A stretch of 64,000 bases of DNA from Felis catus (GCF_018350175.1 NC_058368.1:226054001-226118000); one strand, 5' to 3'. Shown: positions 35,010 through 48,359, numbered from the stretch's first letter. The notes: generated by a model not told the origin, from the letters alone. Numbers and translations: made by a program.

Positions 35010-35470
35010 ATGATAAACAGTCTCCAAAGATGGCTTCCACCAACTCCTTCCTTTCCTATTGGGCAGGCCTCTCCTTCTGTCTTCTCCCTTCACTTGAATC
35101 TGGGCTGGTCTTGTAACCTGCTTTGGCCGACGTAGAGCTGGGCCAGTTCCAGGCCTTTATCTGTGAAAAGGCCTGGCAGCTTCTGTTTTCCCTCTTCAAA
35201 ACCAGCTCTGTCTCTTCATAAGTTCAAATACTCTGAAACTGCCATGCTGTCAGGAAGCCCAAGCTACCCAAAGAGGCTCCACAGAGCTCCATCTGGGCAC
35301 CAGACTTGTGAGTAAAGAGTTCAGAAGCCTTCCAAGAGAGTAACACGATCCACACAGAAGAGAAGAACCACCCAGCTGAGGTGAGTCAACCCACCAAATT
35401 GTGAGAAAGAATAATTTGTTATTTTACGTCACAACTTTTGGGGATAGTACACAACTTGGGGGAACAGAAC
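35010..35470 (+). mobile_element. MLT1-type MaLR LTR
   Basis: CTCCAAAGATGGC..CTTGAATCTGGGCTGGTCTTGTAACCTGCTTTGGCC..GCCATGCTGTCAGGAAGCCCAAG..CCCAGCTGAG. Confidence 0.75.
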
Positions 35471-36357
35471 AGCCTAAGGAATGTGCTTTCTTTTTAGGGT
35501 GAGAGTAGTGGGTGATAGCGTGTCCTCCAGTTCTACAGCCCGTACTAGAAACATCCTCCACAGGACTTGCTAGGAGGCGGGCATGCTGCTTAAAAAGCAT
35601 CTGTGTAAGGAATCACCAGTCACTGAGTGCAGCAAGCTTGCAAGTGTATTTGTAGGGAAGAAAGTGCCACGGTGTTTCCTTTTTCTTTTTCTGTGGGGAG
35701 AAGGGATTAGTCCTGGTCCTTCCTCCAAGTCCTGTGCAGGAAGCAGTAATTGAACCCTTTGCAGGGGCTGGGGGTTGTTTACCGGAAGAGGAGACCAGAA
35801 TCCTATGCCTTCTCTCAGAACTTGCTTAGAGAAGCTCAGAGCTCCGCCTCCTGCTGCTATCAGAGAAATGTGAAAGGTAGTTCTTGGAGAATCTCCGATA
35901 TAGGTGGCAAAGAGTCTGTGGGCCAAACTTTGGTTGGAGAAGACCCAAGATATGAAGGTGGCTGAGGAAGGTGGTGATGGTAGGGCGAAGGGAGAGAACA
36001 GAGGGGAAGGACACCAGCAGCTCGGGAGGGGGGTGGGTAGGGGGCTGTGGGGGGGCATCAATGTGAGAAAGTGCCCAAGGACCCTGTGGGCTCTGTGGAG
36101 GCAGCATAGCTTGAGACTGCCCGAGGGCTTCATCAGAAGGCTGCCTGCTGAGAGAGAGGGAGTGGGGAGTGGGGCGGGGAGGGGGTCGAGGACCTCTGAG
36201 CTGCTTCCTCCTGCCATTTCCAAGCATCAGGCCAGACCTGAGCCAGGGAGAAGGGACAGGCACTACAACGGGGGTGAGGCGACTTTGTTTTCTTTACAAA
36301 GTGAGCGGAAGGCCAAGAGCAGGAGCTGGCACAGCTTGAACGGGAATGGGAGAGCAT

Positions 36358-36555
36358 TTTTTTAAATGGAATAAATTTGACACGTCACATCATGTAAACT
36401 TAAGGTGTACAACTTGCTGCTTTGATATATTTATATATTGTGATATGATTGCTGGTGTAGAGCTATTTATCACACTACATGATTACCGCATAGTACATTG
36501 TAGTCTGCATTCGTCATGCTGTACGTTAGATCACCATGGCCTGGCTACTTCTTGT
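36358..36555 (-). mobile_element. LINE-1 3'-end fragment
   Basis: TTTAAATGGAATAAATTTGACA..TTAAGGTGTACAAC..GCTGTACGTTAGATC. Confidence 0.7.
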
Positions 36556-36580
36556 TCAAGTCAGCAGAACAATCCTCAGA

Positions 36581-36754
36581 GGGGCACCTGGGTGGCCCAG
36601 TTGGTTAGGCGTCTGACTTCGGCTCAGGTCACGATCTCACAGTCGGTGGGTTTGAGCCCGGCATCAGGTTCCGCACTGACAGCAAGGAACCTGCACCTGC
36701 TTCAGATCCTGTGTCTCCCTCTCTCGCACTGCTTCTCCCCCACTGTCCTTGCAA

Positions 36755-36785
<31 letters not shown>

Positions 36786-36821
36786 GTCTCAAAAGATAAA
36801 TAAACTTAAAAAAAAAAAAAA
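36581..36821 (+). mobile_element. Can-SINE
   Basis: Diverged TSD AGAACA..TCAGA at 36566-36580 and 36822-36836. Confidence 0.92.
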
Positions 36822-36934
36822 AGAACATTGTTCAGAGCCCTGGTAGGAGAAGACTAAAGCTCTTTTCTGATTACACTCACCCCCTGCCCCAAGTTTAGCC
36901 CATTCCATTCAAAGTTCAAAAGCTCTAAGGGAGA

Positions 36935-37166
36935 GGGGCGCCTGGGTGGCGCAGTCGGTTAAGCGTCCGACTTCAGCCAGGTCACGATCTCGCGGTCCGT
37001 GGGTTCGAGCCCCGCGTCGGGCTCTGGGCTGATGGCTCAGAGCCTGGAGCCTGTTTCCGATTCTGTGTCTCCCTCTCTCTCTGCCCCTCCCCCGTTCATG
37101 CTCTGTCTCTCTCTGTCCCAAAAATAAATAAACGTTGAAAAAAAAAATTAAAAAAAAAAAAAAAAA
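36935..37166 (+). mobile_element. Very young feline Can-SINE (SINEC_Fc-like)
   Basis: CpG-rich, long pure-A tail, perfect 17-bp TSD AAAAGCTCTAAGGGAGA at 36918-36934 and 37167-37183. Confidence 0.97.
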
Positions 37167-37189
37167 AAAAGCTCTAAGGGAGAAACAGG

Positions 37190-37510
37190 TTTATTATGTG
37201 CGAGGATATGAAAGAAGGTGTCTGTGGCAGGCAAGCGCGGGCCAGCAGAAAGCAGGGGAGAGTGATGTAAAGTGAGGCTGGAGAGGAGAGGTAGGCAAGG
37301 GTTCCATCCTGTGTCACTTTGTTGCCCAAGAGTGTTTTACTGAATTTTACGGAGTGTGTCGGAAAGCCATTGGGGAGTTTTAGGCAGGAAAATAATAAGA
37401 TCTTAGTTGCACTTTTCAAAGCCTCTGGCCTCTCTTGGGGGAATCGGGTGGGAGGGGGAGAAGGGTTGAAGCAGGGAGGCCTGTAGGAGGCCCCCCATCG
37501 ATGGGGATGC
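37190..37510 (-). mobile_element. LINE-2 relic
   Basis: GTGAGGCTGGAGAGGAGAGGTAGG..GGAAAGCCATTGGGGAGTTTTAGGCAGG. Confidence 0.65.
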
Positions 37511-37610
37511 CACTTGGGAAGCAGTTAACATGCAAGTCCCTTCTGATCCCCTCTGATCAGTGGTGTGGGGCCCTGAAACCTGCACTGTTAGAAGCACCTG
37601 CATGCTCATA

Positions 37611-38982
37611 ACATCTTTGACATCAGCCCTACAAATATTTCTCTACATATGTCTCCTCTGGCAAGGGAAACAAAAGCAAAATTGCACTATTGCAACTACA
37701 TCAAAATTAAAAGTGCCATATAGTGAAGGAAACCATCAGCAAAACAAAAAGGTAACATACCAAATGGAAGAAGGTATTTGCAAAAGCTCCATCTGACAGC
37801 GATTATTAATATCCAAAATACATAAAGAACTTCTCTAATTCAAGACAAAAACCAAAACAAAAACAACAAATTCAATGAAAAATGGGCCGAGGACCTGAAC
37901 AGACATGTTTCCAAAGAAAACACTCAGATGGCCAACAAACACATGGAAAGATGCTCAACATCGCTGATCATTAAGGAAAACGCAAATTCAAACCACAACG
38001 AGACATCAATCTACACCTGTCAAATGGCTAAAATAAAAAACATGAGAAGTAGCAAGAGTTGGCAAGGATGTGGGGAAATAGGAACCGTCTTGCACTGTTG
38101 GTAGGAATGCAAATTGGTGCAGCCACTGTGGAAATGGTATGGAAGTTCCTCAAGAAATTAAAAATAGAAATACCATATGATCCAGTAATTCCGCTGTTGG
38201 GTATTTGCCCAAAGAAAATAAAAACACTAAATTGAAAAGTTGAAAAGACATATGCGCCTCTACGTTTATAGCAGCATTATTTACAATAGCTGAGCTGTGG
38301 AAGCAATCCAAGTGTCCATCCCAAGCGGCCATCCATGGGTGGACGGGTAAAGAAGAGGTGATTACTCAGCCATAAAAAAGAACGAGATCTTGCCATTTGC
38401 AACAACCTATACCTAGAGCGTATAATGCTAAGTGGAACAAGTCAGTCAGAGACAAATGCCATATGATTTCACTCATACGTGAAATTTAAGAAACAAATGA
38501 ACAGGGGCACCTGGGTGGCTCAGTCTGACTTTGGCTCAGATCATGATCTCACAGTTCACGGGTTTGAGCCCCGTGTCGGGCTCTGTGCCGACAGCTCGGA
38601 GCCTGGAGCCTGCTTCGGATTCCGTGTCTCCCTCTCTCTCTCTGACCCTCCTTCGCTTATGCTCTGTCTCTCAACAATGAATAGATGTTAAAAAAATTAA
38701 AAAAAAAATGAACAAAGGGGGAAAAGAGAGACAGCTGTCCCCCCAAACCAGACTCTAACAAAGTGGTGGTTGCTGGAGGGGAGGTGGGGCGGGGGGGGGG
38801 AATGGGTGGAATAGGAGAAGGAGATTAAGAGTACACTTATCTTGATGAGCACTGAGTAGTGTGTAGAATTACTGAATCATTCTATTGTACACCTGAAATT
38901 AATATAACACTATATGTTAATTATATTTGAAAATGAATGCATGCATGAATGAATGCATGCATGAATGAATGAATGAAATTTT
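37611..38982 (+). mobile_element. Carnivore LINE-1 3' portion
   Basis: ORF2-end motifs (AAATGGGCCGAGGACCTGAACAGACA, GCACTGTTGGTAGGAATGCAAATTGGTGCAGCC), 3'UTR and an (ATGA/ATGC)n tail. Diverged TSD at ~37590-37610 and 38983-39003. Confidence 0.92.
38504..38705 (+). mobile_element. Can-SINE nested in L1
   Basis: TSD AAATGAACA on both sides. Confidence 0.92.
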
Positions 38983-39231
38983 AAAAGTGCCTGCATTCTC
39001 ACACAAATGGTTCTGGGACCCGAAAAACCTCTGAATCCAGAGGCCCCAGTTCCCTGTGATTTGGGCTTTCTCAGATGTGCAGTTAACTCTGCACTCGGAA
39101 TTTCAGCACTTATTAAACATTTTTCTTTTGTTGTTTCATTTTCTCCATTTTATGCTTTTTTACTTCCAACCCTTGAACTTTAAACACTTTGAGGACTAGC
39201 TTCTTTTCCTTCCTCCTTCTCTCCCTCTCTC

Positions 39232-39248
39232 TTTTTAAGTGTTTATTT

Positions 39249-39286
<38 letters not shown>

Positions 39287-39446
39287 CAGAGAGAGAGGCA
39301 GAGAGAGAGGGAAACAAAATCCCAAGCAGGCTCTGCACTGTTAGCACAGAGCCTGATGCAGGGCTCGAACTCTCAAACCGTGAGATCATGACTTGAGCCG
39401 AAATCAAGAGTCAGATGCTCAACGCACTGAGCCACCCAGGCACCCC
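39232..39446 (-). mobile_element. Can-SINE
   Basis: (GA)n linker; head ends GGCACCCC at 39446. Confidence 0.92.
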
Positions 39447-40344
39447 TCCTTCTCTCTCTTTTTAATTACCCTCCTAAGGGAATAGAATTCCAAGTGCATA
39501 AGTACTTCTTAACTGTTTTTAAAGCAACACCATTCACAGTATAAACACTTTTAAAGGACAATGTATCAATTACTAGCAGAACAATTTAGAGACAGAAGTG
39601 GCTTAATGATATAAATAAAGGACTCATTTTCTCTAGGAAGTAACAGAGACAGTGTCTCCAAATTTCCCCTCCTATAACCAAAGACATTTTAGGAGAATAG
39701 ACTTCCAGCTCACAGGCAATAAATGGTAAATGAAAATATACAAATGTCTTTATCAGGCATTTTAATCTAAAAAGCAAAAAAAAACCACCCCTAAGTTTGC
39801 AGACATTTAATGCTGTGCTATCGGACCTAATGTGGGACAGCTTGCTTTTACCTACAACAAAATGGAATTTGTTCCAGATATCTGGATGACCTTGATGTAG
39901 CAGGAAATGTGTGATTTAATCATGTGAGCCATAATACCTCCTATTGGTACAACCAAAGTTGGCACATGTTCCAAACTGTCCCCAACAAGATCATCCAATG
40001 GTGGATGGCGGAGGAGGGGGGGTGGGGGTGGGGCAGACATCATACCTTTATGCTGATGAAGGCAGGAAATCATTCCAGTCATTAATGGAGACAGAAGCAA
40101 AACTTAGCTGTTATAAGAGTTTTATTATTTTCTTTCAAGTAATCAGCTCTCCCCCCCACCCCCCGCCAAAGGCCCAAACAAAGTCCAAATGACACTTTAA
40201 AAACAAAGTATCTTTTTTTTCAAAATACTTTTCTAATAAAATTTGTGTATGAAAAATCAAGAATTACTTTTATCTAGTCAAAGCATGTGGTAAAAAAGAC
40301 AAAGACCTCAGAAAAGCACCATGTGTAAGTGAAAAATGAATTTC

Positions 40345-40581
40345 TATTTTTTTTCTTTTTTAAAAGTTTTTTTTGAATATTTATTATTGATTTTTGAGAG
40401 AGAGTGAGGCAGAGCATGAGCAGGGGAGGGGAAAAGGGAGGGGGAGACACAGAATCTGAAGCAGGCTCCAGGCTCTGAGCTGTCAGCACAGAGCCCGACG
40501 CAGGGCTCGAACTCATGAACCGTGAGATAATGACCTGAGCCGAAGTCGGATGCCCAAGCTACTGGGCCACCCAGGCGCCCC
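40345..40581 (-). mobile_element. Can-SINE (feline)
   Basis: Head ends GGCGCCCC at 40581. Confidence 0.92.
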
Positions 40582-41296
40582 TTTATTCTCTTTCTGATTG
40601 CTTTTCTAGGCCCAAAGAAACTGATAGTCAATGCAGACAAGTTGTCCAAGAAAACTTATTTACCCCAAACTGAGGCCAGATCAACAGAAAACAACTAACC
40701 AAAATATGGTGTTTGCCACACCTGAAGAGCAGGCAGAACACCTCACAAAACCCACCTGAGGATCGATTCTTTTGTTCCACACCGTTGTCCTCAGACAGGG
40801 ACACACATGAACGGCTTGTCCCACGGTGAAGAAAATTCAATATGCCTCATGTGATTGCTTGCCGGATGGTGACACATGGCATACAAGTGGAAAGCCAATT
40901 GGCATTCAGTCACTTCTATTTCAATAAGCAAGAAAAACACTCATCTCAAACAGAACTAAAAGAAGTCCCTTTTCAGTTTCAGGCCAAGGGCTGGACAGTT
41001 GATAGATACACGTCTGGCATATATCAGCAACTTTTCTGTTGGGAAAAATACTTCCCTAAGTAATAAAGTGTTCTCACTGTGATTGAATTCCAAAGTAGAA
41101 CATGGTATTTTTTGATGTTTATATTTACAGAAAAGGGACCTGCTACTCTTCTCCTTTCTTGAAGAAAATGATTGCCTGATAAAAAACATTATAAATGTGA
41201 AAACACTGTTGTCTCTGGAGTTAGACGGAGACACAGTATTAAGGGGAAAAGTGAGACATTTGTTGAGCTAATGAAATTTTTAAGAACTCCAAACTT

Positions 41297-41519
41297 TTTA
41301 AAAAGTTTTTAAAAATATTTATTCACTTTTGACAGATGGAGAGAGACAGAGTTCTAGCAGGGGAGGGGCAGAGAGAGAGGGAGACACGGAATCCGAAGCG
41401 GGCTCCAGGCTCCGAGCTGTTCAGCACACAGCCGGACATGGGGCTTGAACTCAAAAACCCTGAGATCACGACCTGGACTAAAGTCAGACGCCCAACTGAC
41501 ACAGCCACCCAGGTGCCCC
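41297..41519 (-). mobile_element. Can-SINE
   Basis: TSD AAGAAC(T/C)CCAAACTT at 41282-41296 and 41520-41534. Confidence 0.93.
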
Positions 41520-41826
41520 AAGAACCCCAAACTTCTTAACAATTATTTATAAAAAATAGTTTCATGCCTCAGTGGAAATTGCCTAAAATGTAGGAAATTG
41601 TTTCAATGTCATTAAAATCCAAGATGACACAGAAAGGTTTGAGATGATTGATCTATTATCCCTAGGTAATGTCTCTGCCAGAATCCACTTGATAGTTTTT
41701 ATGGGCTCTTCAAAAAATGTCCAATTTCTGAAAAGAAATTGACATGTCTGGACTATGTATAGAAGCATTACATCATTCACTTCTTATCTCAGAAGAGAGT
41801 CTTTGGTACCAGAATGGGCCTTTCTT

Positions 41827-41936
<110 letters not shown>

Positions 41937-42950
41937 TTAGTGTTATCAGATTGATCAAACCATTGGAGCACAAGGTTTCAATTCAAAAAGGAATGTGTTT
42001 GTTCTTGTTAATTAATACAGCAGGCTCTGGATTACAAGGGGGTAAACCAGGTTCTAACCTCAGGAAAGGAGGTTTATGGGAGCAGGGTTCATTACTGCTT
42101 GTCTCTGGAAAGGCTGTAAATCAGCATGCAGACTTCAAGGAGGAAACTCTTTAACCTGGTCATTTACATAATTGTGTGTCAGCACACTTTTTCCGCCCCT
42201 TCTCCCCTTGGTTGGCATTACATTTTCTTCAAGTATTTATCTTTTTAAAAATAGTATCTCCATTTGCCCTTCAACGTAAAATCACAGACAGGACCTGACT
42301 GATACAGGCAATAGAAAACACCTACCCGAGACTCTAAAATGGCTCACCCAAAACACGTTTTCTTTGATGTCCTGTAGTTCGAGGTATGTGCTATTTCTTG
42401 AGCAGATGGAAATTTTTTGTCATCTAATAGAGTTCAAGGAGATATCTGGCTGGGGAAACCAATGTATAAAAAAAGAGAAACCGCTATTTAATTTTGTTTG
42501 TTTTTGTAGCTAAAAGAAAAAAAAAGTGATTGTCCTAGATATGCTCAAATTTACCATCTGGTTGTCATTCCATATTCTCGTGGTTCAAAAAAAATCACTA
42601 GATCCAGGACTGCCTATTAGGGTTATTCTGATTAAGAATGGTTAGGAGGACAGATGGTAGCATTATTTGGTGGAGAAAGTGATGGGGGACAGTGAACTAC
42701 TTAAAATGGATCCTCTGCTAGCATAGGGGCTGTTGAATTATTGGGTGGAAACTCTAAGTTGAGTGTCATGTCTGGAACATCCCCATGCGGAAAGCATTGC
42801 TCACAGAAGGTAAAAAAAAAAAAAAAAAAAAAAAGTTTTGACAAAAATGTATGTACATTAATATAAAAACCTAATCATGTGTCATTATTATTGTTTGTTA
42901 TAGTTAGCACTTGCTGAGAATTTATATATCATAAATTATACTGATTTCTT

Positions 42951-43424
42951 TTAATTGAAGAATAATCGACATACAATATTGTATTAGTTGCAGGTGCACA
43001 AGTAGTGAATCAGTATTTACATACTATGAAATCGTCACCACAATAAGTCTAGTTACCATCTATTGCCATACAAAGTTGTTACAATATTATTGACTATATT
43101 CCTATGCTATCCTCTGTGTCTCTGTGTCTCATTTATTTTATAACTAGAAGTTTATACCTCTTAATTCCACTCACCTATTTCGTCCCTCTCCCACAGGGGC
43201 CCTCCTCCCCTCAGGTAACCATCAGTTTGTTTTCTGTATCTTTGAGTCTGTTTCTGGGGGTTTTTTTTTGTTTGTTTATTTTGTTTTTATTAGATTCCAC
43301 ATATAAGTGAAATCCTATGGTATTTATGTTTCCCTGTCTGACATATTTCATTTAGCATAATGCCCTCTAGGTCCATCCATGTTGTTGCAAATGGCAAGAT
43401 TTTATTCTTTTTTTATGACTGGAG
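42951..43424 (-). mobile_element. LINE-1 3' end
   Basis: Reverse 3'UTR (TTAGATTCCACATATAAGTGA..CCCTCTAGGTCCATCCATGTTGTTGCAAATGGCAAGAT). TSD TTRTACTRATTTCT at 42937-42950 and 43425-43438. Confidence 0.9.
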
Positions 43425-43479
43425 TTGTACTAATTTCTGACATGCACTATGTCATTCCCTCCTCAAACAAACCCCAAGA

Positions 43480-43635
43480 ATCAAGTATTCCTACAACTTC
43501 CTTTTTTTTTCAGACCTAGAAATGGAGACCTTGAGAGTTCCAGAATTTGCCCAAGGTCAACTAAGAAGTGGCCAAATGGGAGACTCAAAAGAAGTCCAAT
43601 TTTGAAGCCCTTACCTACTAAACCACACTGCTTTC
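43480..43635 (-). mobile_element. MIR relic
   Basis: GAAATGGAGACCTTGAGAG..TTTGCCCAAGGTCA..CCACACTGC. Confidence 0.55.
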
Positions 43636-44600
43636 TGTAACCTTGAATGATTGTGAATGCAGCCAGTAGTGGTCCTTCTGCTTTAGTCCTCCATTCAACT
43701 TGTTTTTCCCAATGTCCACCCTCTCCCTCCACTCTTCCCTTGACATATGCCTTGAACTTGACTGTGATTGAAGGAGTTTCCAAGGAATAACACTTGCGAT
43801 ACAGTTTCGAATTCTAGATGTCATGTCTGCGGTCGCTTACATTTTCCTTGCCTACAGAACCTCCTTCCTTGGTGTACAAAACAGCACTGATCATTTTTAG
43901 CTCGCCTCTGTTCTGCTGCCATGCACGATTAACTTTGCCGTTACCCTCGGGCCTTTTGGGACATTAATATTTGACTGACTTCACTCATCCATTGGCAGTC
44001 CATGTTTTGAATTCTTTGTTAGTTCTCCAATATATTAGATTGTGACTTGCCAAGTTGAATTTCAGTCCCTCTGTGGTTTTCTCCTCAATTTAGCATCAGA
44101 TTTCATTACTGTGGTATTTCCACATTCTTCCAGTTTGTCAATAGAGATGTTAAAACCAGAGAGACCTTCAAAGTGACCCCTTGGTTCCTATCTCTATTCT
44201 CTTTCAGTGACACCAACCAGGAATAGGTTAAAGTGAATACAGATGGTGGAACTGGATTGCGAGAAGCACCTAAACTTGTTACCAAGGGTCAAAAGAATTA
44301 CCCATGTGGCAATCATATGGAAGGGGACTTGGAACAGCAGGAATAGAGCAGTTCCAGTAAAACCGGAAAACACAAGGGAGAGGATGAAACAACCTTAGTT
44401 CTTGTTGCTAGAGATAGCATGAGGAACGACGTGTATAGTGCCCAGAACATTATTACAAGTTCTTACAAAACAAATTGTATTTTCTCAGAAATGGTTAATG
44501 TCATTTTACTTTCACAGCCGGGGTTGTTTTTCATGTCTTCAAAACCATCACCCCAGAAGGTGAATGTTATCTCCATTCAACATATAGAAATGGGGAAGCA

Positions 44601-44718
44601 CAAAAAGATACAAAAGTGCTGATTTGAAGTGATACATGCACCCCAATGTTTATAGCAGCCTTGTCAACAATAGCCTAATTATGGAAAGAGCCCAAATGTC
44701 CATCAGCTGATGAATGGA

Positions 44719-44766
<48 letters not shown>

Positions 44767-45440
44767 GAATACTACTCAGCCATCAAAAAATGAAATCTTG
44801 CCATTTGCAATGATGTGGATGGAACTAGAGTGTATTATGCTGAGTGAACTAAGTCAGTCAGAGAAAGACAAATACCATATGATTTCACTCATGTGTGGAA
44901 TTTAAGAAACACAACAGATAAGCATAGGATAAGGGAAGGAAAAATAAAATAAGATAAAAACAAAGAGGGAGGGACAGCTAGGTGGCTCAGTTGGTTAAGT
45001 GTCCAACTCTTGATTTCAGCTCAGGTCGTGATCTCAGCGTCATCAGATTGAGCCCCGCGTCTGGCTCTGTGCTGAGAGCACAGAGCTTGCTTGGGATTCT
45101 CTCGCCCCCCCCCCCCCGCCTTTCTCTTTCTCTCTTTGTCTCACGCACACTCTCCCTCTCTCTCTCAAAATAAAAATAAATAAACTTTTAAAAAACAGAG
45201 AGGGAGGCAAGCCATAAGAGAGTCTTAACTATAGAGAGCAAACTGAGGGTTGCTGGAGGGAAGGTAAGTGGGGAAATGGGGAAATGAGTGATGGGCATTA
45301 AGGAGGACGCTTGTTGGGATGAGCACTGGGTGATCTATGTAAGTGATGAATCACTAAATTCTACTCCTGAAACCGTTATTACACTATATGTTAACTACTA
45401 TATGTTAAGAACTTAAATAAAATCTTGAAAGAAAAACAAA
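44601..45440 (+). mobile_element. 5'-truncated carnivore LINE-1 with nested SINE and (CA)n
   Basis: ATGCACCCCAATGTTTATAGCAGC..GATGAGCACTGGGTG..; TSD ATAGAAA(TG/CC)GGGAAGCA at 44584-44600 and 45441-45457. Confidence 0.93.
44971..45190 (+). mobile_element. Can-SINE nested in L1
   Basis: TSD AAAAACA(A/G)AGAGGGA on both sides. Confidence 0.92.
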
Positions 45441-45736
45441 ATAGAAACCGGGAAGCAACTTGACAAAGCCCCTTTCTCTTTGGCATCAGACCCAAGTCCA
45501 CTCATTTCTAGTAAATTTGGAAAGGCATCTGAAATTTAGCAATACGACTAATAAATTGTACATAATAAACACACAATAAATATCTGTTTAATAAAAATCC
45601 TTTGCAATCAAATCAGAAGTTCTGTCCTGAAGGTTCAGGAAGTGGTGTTTCTACAAGAGAACCATACCTTGATCCTTCCCTACCCTCTCCTGTATGTCTG
45701 TGGGGACATTTGACTTCTATCTATTAGAAGACTTGT

Positions 45737-46380
45737 GGTACTAGTTTGCTCAGGCTGCCATATAAAATGCCACAGTCTGGGTGGCTTCAACAACAGACAT
45801 TTATTTTTCACAGTTCTGGAGGCTGAAAGTCCAAGAGCAAGGTGCCATCAGGGATGGTTTCTGGTGAGACCTCTCTTGCTGTTTGTAAAGAGCCACCTTC
45901 TCGCTGTGTCGTCATGTGGCCTTCCTCTGCATGTGCATGGAGAGAGAGAAAGAGAGGGAGAAAGGGAGAGAGATCTGGTGTCTCTTGTTCTTCTTAAATG
46001 GACACCAATCCTATTGGATCAGGGTCCCAATCTTACAGTCTCATTTAATCTTAATTACTTCCTGAGGTGCTTGGGTGGCTCAGTCCATTAAGCGTCTGAC
46101 TTCGGCTCAGGTCATGATCTCACAGTCCGTGAGTTCGAGCCCCATGTCAGGCTCTGTGCTGACATCTCAGAGCCTGGAGCCTGCTTTGGATTCTGTGTCT
46201 CCCTCTCTCTCTGCTCCTCCCCTGCTCATGCTCTGTCTCTCAAAAATAAATAAATACATTTTAAAAAAAAATCCTAATTACTTCCCTAAAGCCCCAGTCT
46301 CCAAATACAGTCACATTGAGGGTGAGGGCCCCAACACATGAATCTGGGGCCGGAGGCAGGCACAATTCAGGCTCTAACAC
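45737..46380 (-). mobile_element. MLT1A-like MaLR LTR interrupted by a SINE
   Basis: TAGTTTGCTCAGGCTGCCATA..CACAGTTCTGGAGGCTG..CTCCAAATACAGTCACATTG..CACAATTCAG. Confidence 0.88.
46064..46269 (+). mobile_element. Can-SINE (feline)
   Basis: TSD AATC(T/C)TAATTACTTCC on both sides. Confidence 0.93.
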
Positions 46381-46666
46381 GTGTTGGTGCTGCATATCAA
46401 CTTCATAGTTGAGCTCTGAGTCTGGTGTAGGTGTAGGTGTGTTCCATTTTTCCATTACGCGTCTCTCGCTACTGCTCCAGAAACACACACACACACACAC
46501 ACCCCACCCTACCACCACTTTGAAATGCCAGGCTTCAGAAAATAGTGAGGCAGTTCTGATCCTCTCCTGGGCCTGGGGTGACACCCTTATCTGAGATGGT
46601 GCTGTCTTCTGGTTCCTCAAGAGAGAGCAGTTTCTCAAGAAGAACTGTGCAGACCCCTTGGCTAAT

Positions 46667-46940
46667 GTACTAAGTTGTACAGTGTCCCCTCAAATTCCTG
46701 TCCGCTCCCAACCCGTGAATGTGACCTCTTTCTCAAACAGGATCTTGAAGATGTCATCGAGTAAAGATGAAGTCACGCTGGATGACGGTGGGCCATAAGT
46801 CCCGTGACAGGTGTCCTTATGAGGAGAGGGAGACACAGATCCACTGAGGCAAGACAGCCAAGGGAAGGCAGAGGGAGGAACCAGACTCACAGAGTTACAA
46901 GCCAAGGGACCCCAAGGATTCCTGGCAGGCACCAGCAGGA
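46667..46940 (+). mobile_element. MLT1C-like MaLR LTR 5' part
   Basis: GTGTCCCCTCAAATTC..GTGAATGTGACCT..GGTGTCCTTATGAGG..ACAAGCCAAGGGACCCCAAGGATT. Confidence 0.8.
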
Positions 46941-47304
46941 AATTCGTGATTTCTCTCCTTCACATGGTCCTGTCCAATTCATAAGTAGCACTCATGGAGG
47001 GCGCTTCTAAGATGTGTCCCGCTCCTGACCACTTCTCTCCGTCACTATCTGAGGTCGCTGTCGACCTCATCTAAGCCGTGGTCAGCGTTCATTTAAAGTA
47101 CTGGGATAGTTCCTCCGTTGGCCTCTTGCGTCTCACTCTTGACACCCTATAATCCATCCTGTGCACAGGGGCCAGTGTGATTTGTAAACATTTAAATCTG
47201 ATCTCCTCGCTCCCCTTCTTAACCCCCCACAAAGGTTGCCCATGGCAATCGGGATGAAACCCAATTGGCTTTTCCTGCTCTTACCACCCACCTTCTGTGA
47301 CCCG

Positions 47305-47347
47305 GCCTCCGTCTACAATTCCGCCTCCGTCTACAATTCCACCTCCG
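47305..47347. repeat. 18-bp tandem duplication GCCTCCGTCTACAATTCC x2 plus a partial copy
   Basis: 47305-47322 is identical to 47323-47340. Confidence 0.85.
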
Positions 47348-47547
47348 CCTCACGCCCTCCCTGCTTGTACACACTTTCCAGCCACGTCTGTGCCCACGAC
47401 GCCTAGTTCCTCTGCTTAGGTCACGCTTTCTCCCGGGTCTTGTTGCACTTGTCTGCTGCTCAGTACCGCACACGCACACGCTTGCTCAATTTAAGTATCA
47501 CCTTCTTGGAGAGACCTCCTCTGGGTGTACAATTTAAAATAGTCCCT

Positions 47548-47766
47548 TGGGACTCCTGGGTGGCTCAGTCAGTTGGGCGTCCGACTTCGGCTCAGGTCAT
47601 GATCTCAGGGTCCGTGAGTTCGAGCCCCAGGTCGCGCTCTGTGCTGACAGCTCGGAGCCCGGAGTCTGCTTCGGATTCTGTGTCTCCTTCTCTCTCTGCC
47701 CCTCTCCCGCTTGTTCTCTGTCTCTCTCTGTCTCTCAAAAATAAATAAATGTAAAAAAAATTTTTT
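47548..47766 (+). mobile_element. Can-SINE (feline)
   Basis: TSD AAATAGTCCC on both sides. Confidence 0.93.
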
Positions 47767-48148
47767 AAATAGTCCCACAGGGTTGGTCCATCACATCAGG
47801 TCTCTGTAGGCACTTTGTCTCTGTTTTTCTTGTGTATTTGTTTGTTTGTTTTCCTCCCTCACCCGTAATGTAAAGTCCACAAGAGCAGGGACCTCTTCTG
47901 CCTTGTTCACTCCAGAAAGCCAAGGATGGGAGCATGGCTTGACACAGCGAAGCTGCTCAGTAAATACTTGCCTAATGAAGGAGCAAACAAAGAGCTGGAG
48001 AAATTATTGTCCTGATGGTGTTTGTGGGGGTTTCCAAGGATCACCAAGTCACAGAGACCCTTCCTCCCTTTCCTTTGCTGAGAGGATCTCGGTACCCCTC
48101 AGCGTCACCCATGGCCATGACATGATCCGGCTTTGAAACATGTTTGTT

Positions 48149-48359
48149 AAAATTTTTTAATGTTTATTTATCATTGAGAGACAGAGACAAAGCATGAGTG
48201 GAGGAGGGGCAGAGAGAGGGGGAGATACAGCATCGGAAGCAGGTTCCAGGCTCCGAGCTGTCAGCACAGAGCTCGACGCGGGGCTCGAACTCACAAACCG
48301 CGAGATCATGACCTGAGCCAAAGTCCGACGCTTAACCCACTGAGCCACCCAGGTGTCCC
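48149..48359 (-). mobile_element. Can-SINE (feline)
   Basis: Typical reverse-complement structure. Confidence 0.93.

Larger units (their letters stand above)
47000..47995 (+). mobile_element. LINE-2 3' relic interrupted by a SINE
   Basis: AATGTAAAGTCCACAAGAGCAGGGACC..TTGTTCACT..GCTCAGTAAATACTTG. Confidence 0.7.

Noticed and set aside
35570..36365. Overlapping 145-217 aa ORFs
   Set aside because: G-rich sequence open on both strands, with no recognisable domain or exon structure.
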